Shown one piece after another: positions 51,313-64,000 of a stretch of 64,000 nt of DNA (positions within the stretch are counted from its first letter, which is position 1; the number at the start of each line of letters is the position of its first letter). The stretch covers positions 15,562,001 through 15,626,000 of the forward strand of contig OZ024744.1 in NCBI GenBank assembly GCA_964016885.1, written 5' to 3'. A program made the translations under genes and the position numbers. This stretch comes from Eledone cirrhosa. Taxonomy: Eukaryota. Under the pieces are notes generated by a model. The model was not told where the DNA came from, did no database searches, and saw nothing but the letters and a program-made list of their open reading frames with translations.

Positions 51313-51744
51313 AAGTGTAATGAATTCTTTTACAATGGAATTAGCTCGAAGGAGGAAAATACCCCTGAGCCGTGTATAAACTAATATATATGATGAAACA
51401 CAGATACCAACATATCTGTATATATATTGCAAAAGAAAATTTAGCCAGAATGAAGTATACTAATTATTATACTACAGTTTGTCCATATCGATTTAAAATA
51501 ATAAATCAACAAAGACGAACTGCATTGCCAAAAGGCTATGATGTTTAGACACATTTAAATTTCAAAATCAAACCTGTTCCGTAGATAAGTTTAAACTTTA
51601 AAATCCAAATATGTTTCGAGATAAATAAGTGTAGGAATATCATGTCCTGCTCTCCTCAGTAAACATCCAGGGACAAATTGATATGCTTCACTTCTAAATA
51701 ATTTAAATGCAATATATATACAGATGTGTTGGTATCTGTGTTTC

Positions 51745-51788
<44 letters not shown>

Positions 51789-51794
51789 ATATAT

Positions 51795-52428
51795 AAACGG
51801 AAAAACGAAACGAAATTTCATTTCCCACAATTAGTACGGCTCTTATTTCAATATAAGTTTGTACACGTACATACATATATGTATACAGACGTACAGTAGT
51901 ATGTATATATATATACATACATGCACACATATATATATGTACGTATGGATTCACAGAACATTTATTATAATGCTCGGTGTGTTTGTAAACAAACATCCCG
52001 TATTAAGCCGCAGTGTCTAGCAACCATCGTTGCTCGTTTGTTTAACACTGGCAAAGGAACGCTGTACTAGTTTCAAGCTTATTAGCTTGCACCCGGCCGA
52101 TTACCCACTCGATATGCAAATTGGGCTACTCAGCCGTTGATATGCATAAGGAAAGTATATGCTTTCAGACGTTCAACAATCTGGCAGGAAGGTATACGTT
52201 GCTGACGATAGATAATAAGCTTGAAACTAGTACAGCGTTCCTTTGTCAGTGTTGAACAAACGAGCAACGATGGTTGCTAGACACTGCGGCTTAATACGGG
52301 ATGTTTGTTTACAAACACACCGAGCATTATAATAAATGTTCGGTGAATCCATACGTACATATATATGTGTGCATGTATGTATATATATATACATACTACT
52401 GTACGTCTGTATATATATATGTATGTAC

Positions 52429-52435
<7 letters not shown>
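51795..52435. repeat. Fold-back structure with ~200-bp arms, third copy at 54562-54838
   Basis: 51860-52064 is the reverse complement of 52214-52435, with a ~150 bp spacer and (TA)n on both sides. Confidence 0.9.
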
Positions 52436-52490
<55 letters not shown>

Positions 52491-52694
52491 TAAAATAACA
52501 GATTAAAGTTTAAGCAAAGAATCGGTGCTTTCACCATTAACGGGATATTATATATTTGATATATATTTATCCTTATCGAGCCCTCTTTGGATTTTAGTCT
52601 TCATATTTATTATTATATGCATATATATATTTGATTTAACATACGAGTTCATATCAAAAACTTTGCAAAACAAATATATATATATATATATATG

Positions 52695-52745
<51 letters not shown>

Positions 52746-52861
52746 CAGAGCTTTTCAGTATTTCTGTATCCGTCTGGATATTTATAAAATTATAAAATAC
52801 TGTATAATAACGTATTATATTCCGCGTTCTTTATCGTGTTTGTATATGTGGTGTGGGCGGG

Positions 52862-52872
52862 TGTGATACGTC

Positions 52873-52903
<31 letters not shown>

Positions 52904-53182
52904 AGCGAGTGTGAAACGTCATATGTCTATATCTGTGTGTGTGTGTGTCTGTGTGTGTGTGAGCGAGTGTGATACGTCATATGTCTATATCTGTGTGTGT
53001 GTGTGTGTGAGCGAGTATGATACGTCATATGTCTATATCTGTGTGTGTGTGTGTGAGCGCGTATGATACGTCATATGTCTATATCTGTGTGTGTGTGAGC
53101 GAATGTGATAGTCATATGTCTATATCTGTATCTGTGTGTGTGTGTGTGTGTGAGCGTGTATGATACGTCATATGCCTATATA

Positions 53183-53232
<50 letters not shown>

Positions 53233-53403
53233 TGTGTGTGTGTGTGTGTGTGTGAGCGAGTGTGATACGTCATATGTCTATATCTGTATGTGTGTGTGTG
53301 TGTGTGAGCGTGTATGAGACGTCATATGCCTATATCTGTATCTGTGTGTGTGTGCGAGTATGAAACGTCATATGTCTATATGTGTGTGTGTGTGTGTGTG
53401 TGT
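52862..53403 (+). repeat. Compound minisatellite: constant GAGCGAGTGTGATACGTCATATGTCTATATCT core plus variable (GT)n spacer, about 10 units
   Basis: Directly visible. Confidence 0.92.
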
Positions 53404-53454
53404 CTGTATTTGCTATTCAGGAGTTTTAAATAATCTACAAATGTACAATCATAT

Positions 53455-53700
53455 AATTGTTTCTACTATTGGCACAAGGCCAGCAATTACCCCAGTGCAT
53501 TACTGGTACTTTATTTTATCAACCCTGTAATAATTGTTTCTACTTTTGACACAAGGCCAGCAATTGCCCAGTACATTACTGGTACTTTATTTTATCGACC
53601 CCGTAAGGATGAAAGGTAAAGTTAACCTTGGCGGGATTTGAACTCAGAATGGCAAGGGCCGTAACTCTATGCGTCAAAGCATGGCGTCCGACCCTCTACA
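53455..53700 (-). mobile_element. tRNA-SINE (family of 21768-22140) with duplicated 3' segment
   Basis: Sequence match to 21768-21950. Confidence 0.75.
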
Positions 53701-54140
53701 ATCATATAATACCCTGTGTATTTTGTAATTTTACACGGTATACAACCGTTCAGAGTTTTTATATGATTGCATGATATTCTCTCTCACCTCTCTCTCTCTC
53801 TCACCCCCTCTCACTCACACTCTCTCTCTCTCTCTATATATATATATATGTATGTGTGTGTGTATATATATATGTGTGTGTGTGAATGTGTGAATATGTG
53901 TATAAGAGGGTGACGAGAAGGGTGGTGTGAATGAAACAAAGAGAAAACAATTAAAAGCCAGTTGGTCCTGTTGTTTTTTCTCATTCTTTCTTCTTCTTCT
54001 CCACCCCACTCCACCACACCCTACCTAACCACGCCTCTCCACCCTACTTATGCCAAAGACTTTGATTTAATGTTGAATACATCTCAGGTGTTAAATAACT
54101 TGCCAGAGAATCCGACAAACCACTAATTGGATTTCCAAGA

Positions 54141-54255
54141 AATGATGATGATGGTGATGGTGATGGTGATGATGGTGATGGTGATGGTGATGATGGTGAT
54201 GCTGATGGTGGTGATGGTGATGATGGTGGTGGTGATGATGGTAATAATGATAATG

Positions 54256-54287
<32 letters not shown>

Positions 54288-54460
54288 AACAACAATAATA
54301 ATAATAACATCAACAACAACAATAACAACAATAATATCGACTTCTTTGGGTTCTTTTTAATAAATAAAAACATGATAATGTTGATGATAATGACGATGAC
54401 GATGATGTTGGTGGCGATGGTGATGATGATGATAATGGTGATGGTGGTGATGATGATGAA
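54141..54460. repeat. (GAT/GGT/AAC)n microsatellite
   Basis: Directly visible. Confidence 0.92.
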
Positions 54461-54864
54461 GTTAGCGATATTTTAATAATTATGTATTATAATGATGGTA
54501 ACATTGGTGTTAATGATAATTCTACCAATGTTGATGATGATGGAAGTGATAAGGAGGAAAATTAGTACAGCGTTCCTTTGTCAGTGTTAAACAAACGAGC
54601 AACGATGGTTGCTGGACACTACGGCTTAATACGGGATGTTTGTTTACAAACACACCGAGCATTATAATAAATGTTCGGTGAATCCATACGTACATATATA
54701 TATGTGTGCATGTATGTATATATATATACATACTACTGTACGTCTGTATACATATATGTATGTACGTGTACATACTTATATTTAAGTAACAGCCGTACTA
54801 AGAGTGGGAAATGAAAGTTCGTTTCGTTTTTCCGTTTATATATATATATATATATGTATGTATA

Positions 54865-54904
<40 letters not shown>

Positions 54905-55007
54905 TCCATAAAATGTTACAAAAAATAATAATTAAAATAAAACATTAAATATTTATATACATGCATACATATATATATACAGATACATATGCAGACAAAC
55001 ATAAAGA

Positions 55008-55126
<119 letters not shown>

Positions 55127-55148
55127 ACACGCGCGCGCACAGACACTG

Positions 55149-55179
<31 letters not shown>

Positions 55180-55304
55180 CATATATGTATCAATAGAGAA
55201 ATCAGCAGCAGTTTTAAGAAAGCTGAGATGTTCATATTGATATAAAAACAAACACTGTTACGTTATCGATTCTTGATTTATGGGCAGCAGAAATAGTGAT
55301 GCTT

Positions 55305-58300
55305 GCTGGTGAGAGGTGTTGGTTGTGGTTGGTGAGAGGTTTAGGTTGGTGTTTAACTGGTGAGAGGTGTTGGTGTTTAAAACTGGTGTGTTGGTGTTTA
55401 ACTAGTGAGAGGTCGTGGTTGGTGTTTAACTGGTGAGTGGTGTTGCTCGTGGTTGGTGGTTAACTGGTGAGTGGTGTTGCTCATGGTTTGTGTTTAACTG
55501 GTGGGAGGTGTTGGTCGTGGTTGGTGTTTAACTGATAAGAGATGTTGGTCGTGGTTGGTGTTTAACTGGAGAGAGGTGTTGGTTGGTGTTTCACTGGTGA
55601 GAGGTCGTGGTTGGTATTTAACTCACGAGAGGTCGTGGTTGGTATTTAACTGGTGAGAGGTGTTGGTTGGTGTTTAACTGGTGAAGGACGTGGTTGGTGT
55701 TTAACTGGTGAGAGGTGTTGATTGGTGTTTAACTGGTGTGAGGTGTTGGTTGGTGTTTAACTGGTGAGTGGTGTTGCTTGTAGTTGGTGTTTAACTGGTT
55801 AGAGGTGTTGGTCGTGGTTGGTGTTTAACTGGTGAGAGGTGTTGGTTGGTGTTTAACTGGTGAAGGACGTGGTTGGTGTTTAACTGGTGAGAGGTGTTGG
55901 TTGGTGTTTAACTGGTGAGAGGTCGTGGTTGGTGTTTAACTGGTGAGTGGTGAGAGGTCGTGGTTGGTGTTTAACTGGTGAGAGGTGTTGGTCGTGGTTG
56001 GTGTTTAACTAGTGAGAGGTGTTGCTTGGTGTTTAACTGGTGAGAGATCATGGTTGGTGTTTAACTGGTGAGTGGTGTTGCTCGTGGTTGGTGTTTAACT
56101 GGTGAGTGGTGTTGCTCGTGGTTGGTGTTTAACTGGTGAGAGGTGTTGGTCGTGGTTGGTGTTTAACTGGTAAGAGATGTTGGTCGTGGTTGGTGTTTAA
56201 CTGGAGAGAGGTGTTGGTTGGTGTTTAACTGGTGTGAGGTGTTGGTTGGTGTTTAACTGGTGAGAGGTCGTGGTTGGTGTTTAACTGGTGAGAGGTCGTG
56301 GTTGGTGTTTAACTGTTGAGAGGTGTTGGTTGGTGTTTAGGTGGTGTGATGTGTTGGTTGGTGTTTAACTGGTGTGAGGTGTTGGTTGGTGTTTAACTGG
56401 CATGAGGTGTTGGTTGGTGTTTAACTGGTGAGTGGTGTTGCTTGTAGTTGGTGTTTAACTGGCTAGAGGTGTTGGTCGTGGTTGGTGTTTAACTGATAAG
56501 AGATGTTGGTCGTGGTTGGTGTTTAACTGGAGAGAGGTGTTGGTTGGTGTTTCACTGGTGAGAGGTCGTGGTTGGTGTTTAACTCACGAGAGGTCGTGGT
56601 TGGTATTTAACTGGTGAGAGGTGTTGGTTGGTGTTTAACTGGTGAAGGACATGGTTGGTGTTTAACTGGTGAGAGGTGTTGATTGGTGTTTAACTGGTGT
56701 GAGGTGTTGGTTGGTGTTTAACTGGTGAGTGGTGTTGCTTGTAGTTGGTGTTTAACTGGTTAGAGGTGTTGGTCGTGGTTGGTGTTTAACTGGTGAGAGG
56801 TGTTGGTTGGTGTTTAACTGGTGAAGGACGTGGTTGGTGTTTAACTGGTGAGAGGTGTTGGTTGGTGTTTAACTGGTGAGAGGTCGTCGTTGGTGTTTAA
56901 CTGGTGAGTGGTGAGAGGTCGTGGTTGGTGTTTAACTGGTGAGAGGTGTTGGTCGTGGTTGGTGTTTAACTGGTGAGAGGTGTTGCTTGGTGTTTAATGG
57001 TGAGAGATCATGGTTGGTGTTTAACTGGTGAGTGGTGTTGCTCGTGGTTGGTGTTTAACTGGTGAGTGGTGTTGCTCGTGGTTGGTGTTTAACTGGTGAG
57101 AGGTGTTGGTCGTGGTTGGTGTTTAACTGGTAAGAGATGTTGGTCGTGGTTGGTGTTTAACTGGAGAGAGGTGTTGGTTGGTGTTTAACTGGTGTGAGGT
57201 GTTGGTTGGTGTTTAACTGGTGAGAGGTCGTGGTTGGTGTTTAACTGGTGAGAGGTCGTGGTTGGTGTTTAACTGTTGAGAGGTGTTGGTTGGTGTTTAG
57301 GTGGTGTGAGGTGTTGGTTGGTGTTTAACTGGTGTGAGGTGTTGGTTGGTGTTTAACTGGCGTGAGGTGTTGGTTGGTGTTTAACTGGTGAGTGGTGTTG
57401 CTTGTAGTTGGTGTTTAACTGGTTAGAGGTGTTGGTCGTGGTTGGTGTTTAACTGGTGAGTGGTGTTGCTCGTGGTTGGTGTTTAACTGGTGAGGCGTGT
57501 TGGTCGTGGTTGGTGTTTAACTGGTTAGAGGTGTTGGTTGGTGTTTAACTGGTGAGAGGTCGTGGTTGGTGTTTAACTGGTGAGTGGTGTTGCTCGTGGT
57601 TGCTTTTTAACTGGTGAGTGGTGTTGCTCGTGGTTGGTGTTTAACTGGAGAGAGGTGTTGGTTGGTTTTTAACTGGTGTGAGGTGTGGGTTGGTGTTTAA
57701 CTGGTGAGAGGTCGTGGTTGGTGTTTAACTGGTCAGAGGTCGTGGTTGGTGTTTAACTGGTGAGAGGTGTTGGTTGGTGTTTAGCTGGTGTGAGGTGTTG
57801 GTTGGTGTTTAACTGGTGTGTGGTGTTGCTTGTGGTTGGTGCTTAACTGGTGAGAGGTGTTGGTCGTGGTTGGTGTTTAACTGGTGAGTGGTGTTGCTCG
57901 TGGTTGGTGTTTAACTGGTGAGAGGTGTTGGTCGTGGTTGGTGTTTAACTGGAGAGAGGTGTTGGTTGGTTTTTAACTGGTGTGAGGTGTGGGTTGGTGT
58001 TTAACTGGTGAGAGGTCGTGGTTGGTGTTTAACTGGTCAGAGGTCGTGGTTGGTGTTTAACTGGTGAGAGGTGTTGGTTGGTGTTTAGCTGGTGTGAGGT
58101 GTTGGTTGGTGTTTAACTGGTGTGTGGTGTTGCTTGTGGTTGGTGCTTAACTGGTGAGAGGTGTTGGTCGTGGTTGGTGTTTAACTGGTGAGTGGTGTTG
58201 CTCGTGGTTGGTGTTTAACTGGTGAGAGGTGTTGGTCGTGGTTGGTGTTTAACTGGTGAGAGGTGTTGGTCGTGGTTGGTGTTTAACTGGTGAGAGGTGT

Positions 58301-60566
58301 TGGTTGGTGTTTAACTGGTGAGAGGTCGTGGTTGGTGTTTAACTGGTGAGTGGTGTTGCTCGTGGTTGGTGTTTAACTGGTGAGTGGTGTTGTTCGTGGT
58401 TGGTGTTTAACTGGTAAGAGATGTTGGTCGTGGTTGGTGTTTAACTGGAGAGATGTGTTGGTTGGTGTTTAACTGGTGTGAGGTGTTGGCTGGTGTTTAA
58501 CTGGTGAGAGGTCGTGGTTGTTGTTTAACTGGTGAGAGGTGTTGGTTGGTGTTTAGGTGGTGTGAGGTGTTGTTTGGTGTTTAACTGGTGTGAGGTGTTG
58601 GTTGGTGTTTAACTGGTGTAAGGTGTTGGTTGGTGTTTAACTGGTGAGTGGTGTTGCTTGTGGTTGGTGTTTAACTGGTGAGAGGTGTTGGTCGTGGTTG
58701 GTGTTTAACTGGTGAGTGGTGTTGCTCGTGGTTGGTGTTTAACTGGTGAGTGGTGTTGCTCGTGGTTGGTATTTAACTGGTGAGAGGTGTTGGTCGTGGT
58801 TGGTGTTTAACGGGTCAGATATGTTGGTTGTGGTTGGTGTTTAACTGGTGAGGCGTGTTGGTCGTGGTTGGTGTTTAACTGGTTAGAGGTGTTGGTTGGT
58901 GTTTAACTGGTGAGAGGTCGTGGTTGGTGTTTAACTGGTGAGTGGTGTTGCTCGTGGTTGGTTTTTAACTGGTGAGTGGTGTTGCTCGTGGTTGGTGTTT
59001 AACTGGTGAGTGGTGTTGCTCGTGGTTGGTGTTTAACTGGTAAGAGATGTTGGTCGTGGTTGGTGTTTAACTGGAGAGATGTGTTGGTTGGTGTTTAACT
59101 GGTGTGAGGTGTTGGCTGGTGTTTAACTGGTGAGAGGTCGTGGTTGTTGTTTAACTGGTGAGAGGTGTTGGTTGGTGTTTAGGTGGTGTGAGGTGTTGTT
59201 TGGTGTTTAACTGGTGTGAGGTGTTGGTTGGTGTTTAACTGGTGTAAGGTGTTGGTTGGTGTTTAACTGGTGAGTGGTGTTGCTTGTGGTTGGTGTTTAA
59301 CTGTTGAGAGGTGTTGGTCGTGGTTGGTGTTTAACTGGTGAGTGGTGTTGCTCGTGGTTGGTGTTTAACTGGTGAGTGGTGTTGCTCGTGGTTGGTATTT
59401 AACTGGTGAGAGGTGTTGGTCGTGGTTGGTGTTTAACGGGTCAGATATGTTGGTTGTGGTTGGTGTTTAACTGGTCAGAGGTGTAGGTTGGTGTTTAACT
59501 GGGGAGAGGTGTTGCTCGTGGTTGGTGTTTAACTGGTGAGAGGTCGTGGTTGGTGTGTAAATCATGAGGAGGTCGTGATGGCGTTTAACTGGAGAGAGGT
59601 CGTGGTTGGTGTTTAACTGGAGAGAGGTGTTGCTCGTGGTTGGTGTTTAACTGGGGAGAGGTGTTGCTCGTGTATGGCGTTTAACTGGAGAGAGGTCGTG
59701 GTTGGTGTTTAACTGGAGAGAGGTGTTGGTTGGTGTTCAACTGGTGATAGATCGTGGTTGGTGTTTAACTGGTGAGAGGTGTTGGTTGGTATTTAACTGG
59801 TGTGAGGTGTTGGTTGGTGTTTAACTGGTGAGAGGTCGTGGTTGGTGTTTAACTGGTAAGTGGTGGTCGTTGGTATTTAACTGATGAGAGGTGTTGGTCC
59901 TGTTTAGTGTTTAACTGGTCAGATGTCGTGGTTGGGTTGGTGTTTAACTGGTGAGAGGTCGTGGTTTGTGTTTAACTGGTGAGAGGTGTTAGTTGGTGTT
60001 TAACTGGTGAGAGGTGTTGGTTGGCCTTTAACTGGTGAAAGGTGTTGGTCGTGGTTGGTGTTTAACTAATGAAAGGTGTAGGTTGGTGTTTAACTGGTGA
60101 GAGGTCATGGTTGGTGGTTAACTGGTGAGTGGGGTTGGTCGTGGTTGGTGTTTAACTGGTGAGAGGTGTAGGTTGGTGTTTAACTGGTGAGAGGTCATGG
60201 TTGGTGTTTAACTGGTGACAGGTCATGTTTGGTGTTTAACTGGTGAGAGGTCATGGTTGGTGTTTAACTGGTGAGAGGTCATGTTTGGTGTTTAACTTGT
60301 GAGAGGTGTTGGTCGTGGTTGGTGTTTAACTGGTGTGAGGTCGTGGTTGGTGTTTAACTGGTGGGAGGTATTGGTTGTGGTTCGTGTTTAACTGGTGAGA
60401 GATCATGTTTGGTGTTCACTGGTGGGAGGTGTTGGTTGTGGTTGGTGTTTAAATGGTGAGAGGTGTTGATTGGTGTTTAACTGGTGAGAGGTCGTGGTTG
60501 GTGATTAACTCGTAAGAGGTCGTGGTTGCTGTTTAAATGGCGAGAGGTGTTGGTTGGTGTTTAACC
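55305..60566 (+). repeat. GT-rich 28/34-bp satellite (GGTTGGTGTTTAACTGGTGAGAGGT[GTTGGT]CGT)n, about 5.2 kb
   Basis: Directly visible, with higher-order periods of 961 bp and 626 bp. Confidence 0.97.
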
Positions 60567-60573
60567 TGAGGCG

Positions 60574-61468
60574 ATGTATGACTGCACGAGGGGTAAATCG
60601 CCAGTTTCTATGGTCTACTCTACGAGCGTTATGCGTATATACTAGACTTGTTCGATAACCTCTTGGCAGATGTCTACTTGCAACTGCAGCAGAACGGGAG
60701 CATTCCCAATTTTGTGAGCTGGGAGTGGTGGCGCAGCTGAGAAAAGACCCGAACAAGGGGGACGTTATAGACAACTTCAGGCTCATAAATCTGGTAAACG
60801 CAGAGTTTAAGATTTTGGCCAAGGTGTTAGCAAAGAGATTGGCGCTTGAGGTCCGTGATCTGGTGGAAGAGGCGCAGACGTGCCATTCCGGACAGATCCA
60901 TCCACGACAACCTCCATCTCACGCGATACATCATAGAGAGGGTGGTTAAGGAACCAGATGGAGAAAAACTGGAGCGAGGTGACGAATAGGGTGGCATCTC
61001 TCACCCAGAAATGGGCCGAGTGGAGGTGGTCTCTGAAAGGTCGGGAGGAGGTGGCTAATGCGTATATAGCGTCCGTCATCTGCTACTAACTGACCGTCGT
61101 ACCTTACCCCCGCCCAACTCTGACCAAAATGGAGCGCCTCTTCTTCCGCTTTTTGTGGAAGGGACATGCTCTCATGGTCAGACGATCCATTGTCAACACC
61201 CGTTGCGTGGAGGACTAGGCATACCGTGGCTGATGATACGAAAACAAGCGCTGAGGCTCGACATCTCTGGTGCTTCCTTGGCGGTGAACAGGTGTGGCCA
61301 CTGTTTGCCAGACGTGTTTTTCCCCAGCTCGTCGTCTTGGCGGAGCTGCAGTCCTGGATCAGGAAAAGACCGAGGGATAGCGCTTGGAAGCTGGAATGTC
61401 TCCAAGCGTTCACTGTCCTCTACCAGCTGGGCATTAGTATCGGTGGAACATCCACCTCGGCGTTCTAT
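60574..61468 (+). mobile_element. Tx1-type ORF2 fragment with ~530 bp internal deletion
   Basis: Matches 33808-34173 joined directly to 34702-35205 (GAACC|AGATGG junction). Confidence 0.9.
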
Positions 61469-64000
61469 GTATGTGAGTGTGTCAGTGTGTATTTGAGTGT
61501 GAGTGTGTCAGTTCGTATGTGAGTGTGTCAGTGTGTATGTGAGTGTGAGTGTCTCAGTGTGTATGTGAGTGTGAGTGTGTCAGTGTGTATGTGAGTGCGA
61601 GTGTGTCAGCGTGTATATGAGTGTGAGTGTGTCAGGGTGTATGTGAGTGTGTCAGTGTGTATGTGAGTGTGAGTGTGAGTGTGTCAGTCTGTATGTGAGT
61701 GTGAATGTGTCAGTGTGTATGTGAGTGTGTCAGTGTGTGTGTGAGTGTGAGTGTGTCAGTGTGTATGTGAATGTGAGGTGGGTATGTGAGTGTGAGTGTG
61801 AGTGTGTCAGTGTGTGTGTGAGTTTATCAGTGTGTATGTGAGTGTGTCAGTGTGTATGTGAGTGTGAGTGTGAGTGTGTCAGTGTGTATGTGCGTGTGAG
61901 TGTGTCAGTGTGTATGTGAGTGTGTCAGTGTGTATGTGAGTGTGTCAGTGTTTATGTGAGTGTGAGTGCGAGTGTGTCAGTGTGTATGTGAGTGTGAGTG
62001 TGAGTGTGTCAGTGTGTATGTGAGTGTGAGTGTGTCAGTGTGTATGTGAGTGTGTCAGTCTGTATGTGAGTGTGAGTGTGTTAGTGTGTATGTGAGTGTG
62101 TCAGTGTGCATGTGAGTGTGTGTGTGAGTGTGTCAATGTGTATGTGAGTGTGTCAGTGTGTATGTGAGTGTGATTGCGAGTGTGTCAGTGTGTATTTGAG
62201 TGCGAGTGTGTCAGTGTGTTAGTGTGTATGTGAGTGTGGCAGTGTGCATGTGAGTGTGTGTGTGAGTGTGTCAATGTGTATGTGAGTGTGTCAGTGTGTA
62301 TGTGAGTGTGATTGCGAGTGTGTCAGTGTGTATTTGAGTGCGAGTGTGTCAGTGTGTTAGTGTGTATGTGAGTGTGGCAGTGTGCATGTGAGTGTGTGTG
62401 TGAGTGTGTCAATGTGTATGTGAGTGTGTCAGTGTGTATGTGAGTGTGATTGCGAGTGTGTCAGTGTGTATGTGAGTGCGAGTGTGTCAGTGTGTATGTG
62501 AGTGTGAGTACGAGTGTGTCAGTGTGTATGTGAGTGCGAGTGTGTCAGTGTGTATGTGAGTCTGAATGTGTATGTGAGTGTGAGTGTGAGTGGGTCAGTG
62601 TGTATGTGAGTGTGTCAGTGTGCATGTGAGTGTGAGTGTGAGTGTGTCAATGTGTATGTGAGTGTGTCAGTGTGTATGTGAGTGTGAGTACGAGTGTGTC
62701 AGTGTGTATGTGAGTGCGAGTGTGTCAGTGTGTATGTGAGTCTGAATGTGTATGTGAGTGTGAGTGTGAGTGTGTCAGTGTGTATGTGAGTGTGTGTGTG
62801 TCAGTGTGTATGTGAGTGTGTCAGTGTGTATGTGAGTGTGTGTGTGAGTGTGTCAGTGTGTATGTGAGTGTGTCAGTGTGTATCTGAGTGTGTCAGTGTG
62901 TATAATAGTGTGAGTGTGTCAGTGTGTCAGTGTGTATGTGAGTGTGAGTGTGAGTGTGTCAGTGTGTATCTGAGTGTGTCAGTGTGTATATTAGTGTGAA
63001 TGTGTCAGTGTGTCAGTGTGTATGTGAGTGTGAGTGTGAGTGTGTCAGTGTGTATGTGAGTGTGTGTGTGAGTGTGTCAGTGTGTATGTGAGTGTGTCAG
63101 TGTGTATGTGAGTAGTTGAGTGTGAGTGTGTCAGTGTGTATTTGAGAGTCTGTGTGTGAGTGTGTAAGTGTGAGTGTGAGTGTGTAAGTGCGTATGTGAG
63201 TGTGTCAGTGTGTATGTGAGTGTGTCAGTGTGTATGTGAGTGTGAGTGTGTCAGTGTGTATGTGAGTGTGAGTTTGGCAGTGTGTATGTGAGTGTGAGTG
63301 TGAGTGTGTGACTGTGTATGTGAGTGTGTCAGTGTGAGTGTGAGTGTGTCAGTGTGTGTGTCAGTGTGAGTGTGTCAGTGTGTATGGGAGTGTGTCAGTG
63401 TGTATGTGAGTGTGAGTGTGAGTGTGAGTGTGTGAGTGTGTATGTGAGTGTGTGAGTGTGTATGTGTGTGTGAGTGTGTCAGTGTGTATGTGAGTGTGTC
63501 AGTGTGTATGAGAGTGTGAGTGTGTCAGTGTGTATGTGAGTGTGAGTGTGTCAGTGTGTATGTGAGTGTCAGTGTGTCAGTGTGTATATGAGTGTGTCAG
63601 TGTGTATGTGAGTGTGAGTGTTTCAGTGGGTGTGTCAGTGTGTATGTGAGTGTGACAGTGTGTATGTGAGTGTCAGTGTGAGTGTGTTAGTGTGTATGTG
63701 AGTGGGCGTGTGTCATTGTGTGTGTGAGTGTGTCAGTGTGTATGTGAGTGTGTTAGTGTGCATGTGAGTGCGAGTGTGTCAGTGTGTATGTGAGTGCGAG
63801 TGTGTCAGTGTGTATGTGAGTGTGAGTGTGAATGTGTCAGTGTGTGTGTAAGTGTGAGTGTGTCAGTGTGTATATGAGTGTGTCAGTGTGTATCTGAGTG
63901 TGAGTGTGTCATTTTCTATGTGAGTGTGAGTGTGTCAGTGTGTATGTGAGTGTGTCAGTGTGTATGTGAGTGTGAGTGTGTCAGTGTGTATGTGAGTGTG
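61469..64000 (+). repeat. GT-rich 20/26-bp satellite (TGTGAGTGTGTCAGTGTGTA)n, running off the window
   Basis: Directly visible, built from 6-8 bp subunits (GTGTGA, GTGTCA, GTGTAT). Confidence 0.97.

Overview
Repeat-dense animal genomic DNA, inferred to be cephalopod (Octopus-like) from the SINE, RTE and Penelope repertoire and the (TA)n/(CA)n/(CAT)n load. One host gene is recognisable: the first three coding exons of adenylate kinase 7 (AK7) on the minus strand (21461-21384, 19992-19822, 4499-4391). Its splice sites are canonical and in frame, and an RFX X-box lies just upstream of the ATG. The ~15 kb second intron holds RTE LINE fragments in alternating orientation, tRNA-SINEs, a solo LTR and a Penelope element next to a near-complete hammerhead ribozyme motif. 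The rest of the window contains degenerate L1/Tx1-type LINEs, more Penelope copies, MITEs and several tandem arrays. The most notable observations are: (1) three tandem arrays traceable to pieces of retroelements, including a 5.7 kb 42-bp array from a restriction-like endonuclease (REL) coding motif and a 48-bp array from an RTE 3' UTR; (2) hammerhead motifs beside Penelope-related sequence; (3) a hairpin over the probable ORF1 stop and a perfect splice donor, shared by three Tx1 copies; (4) repeated fold-back inverted duplications abutting (TA)n tracts. Most ORFs in the supplied track are repeat artefacts. All alignments were done by eye and boundaries are approximate unless junction motifs are quoted.
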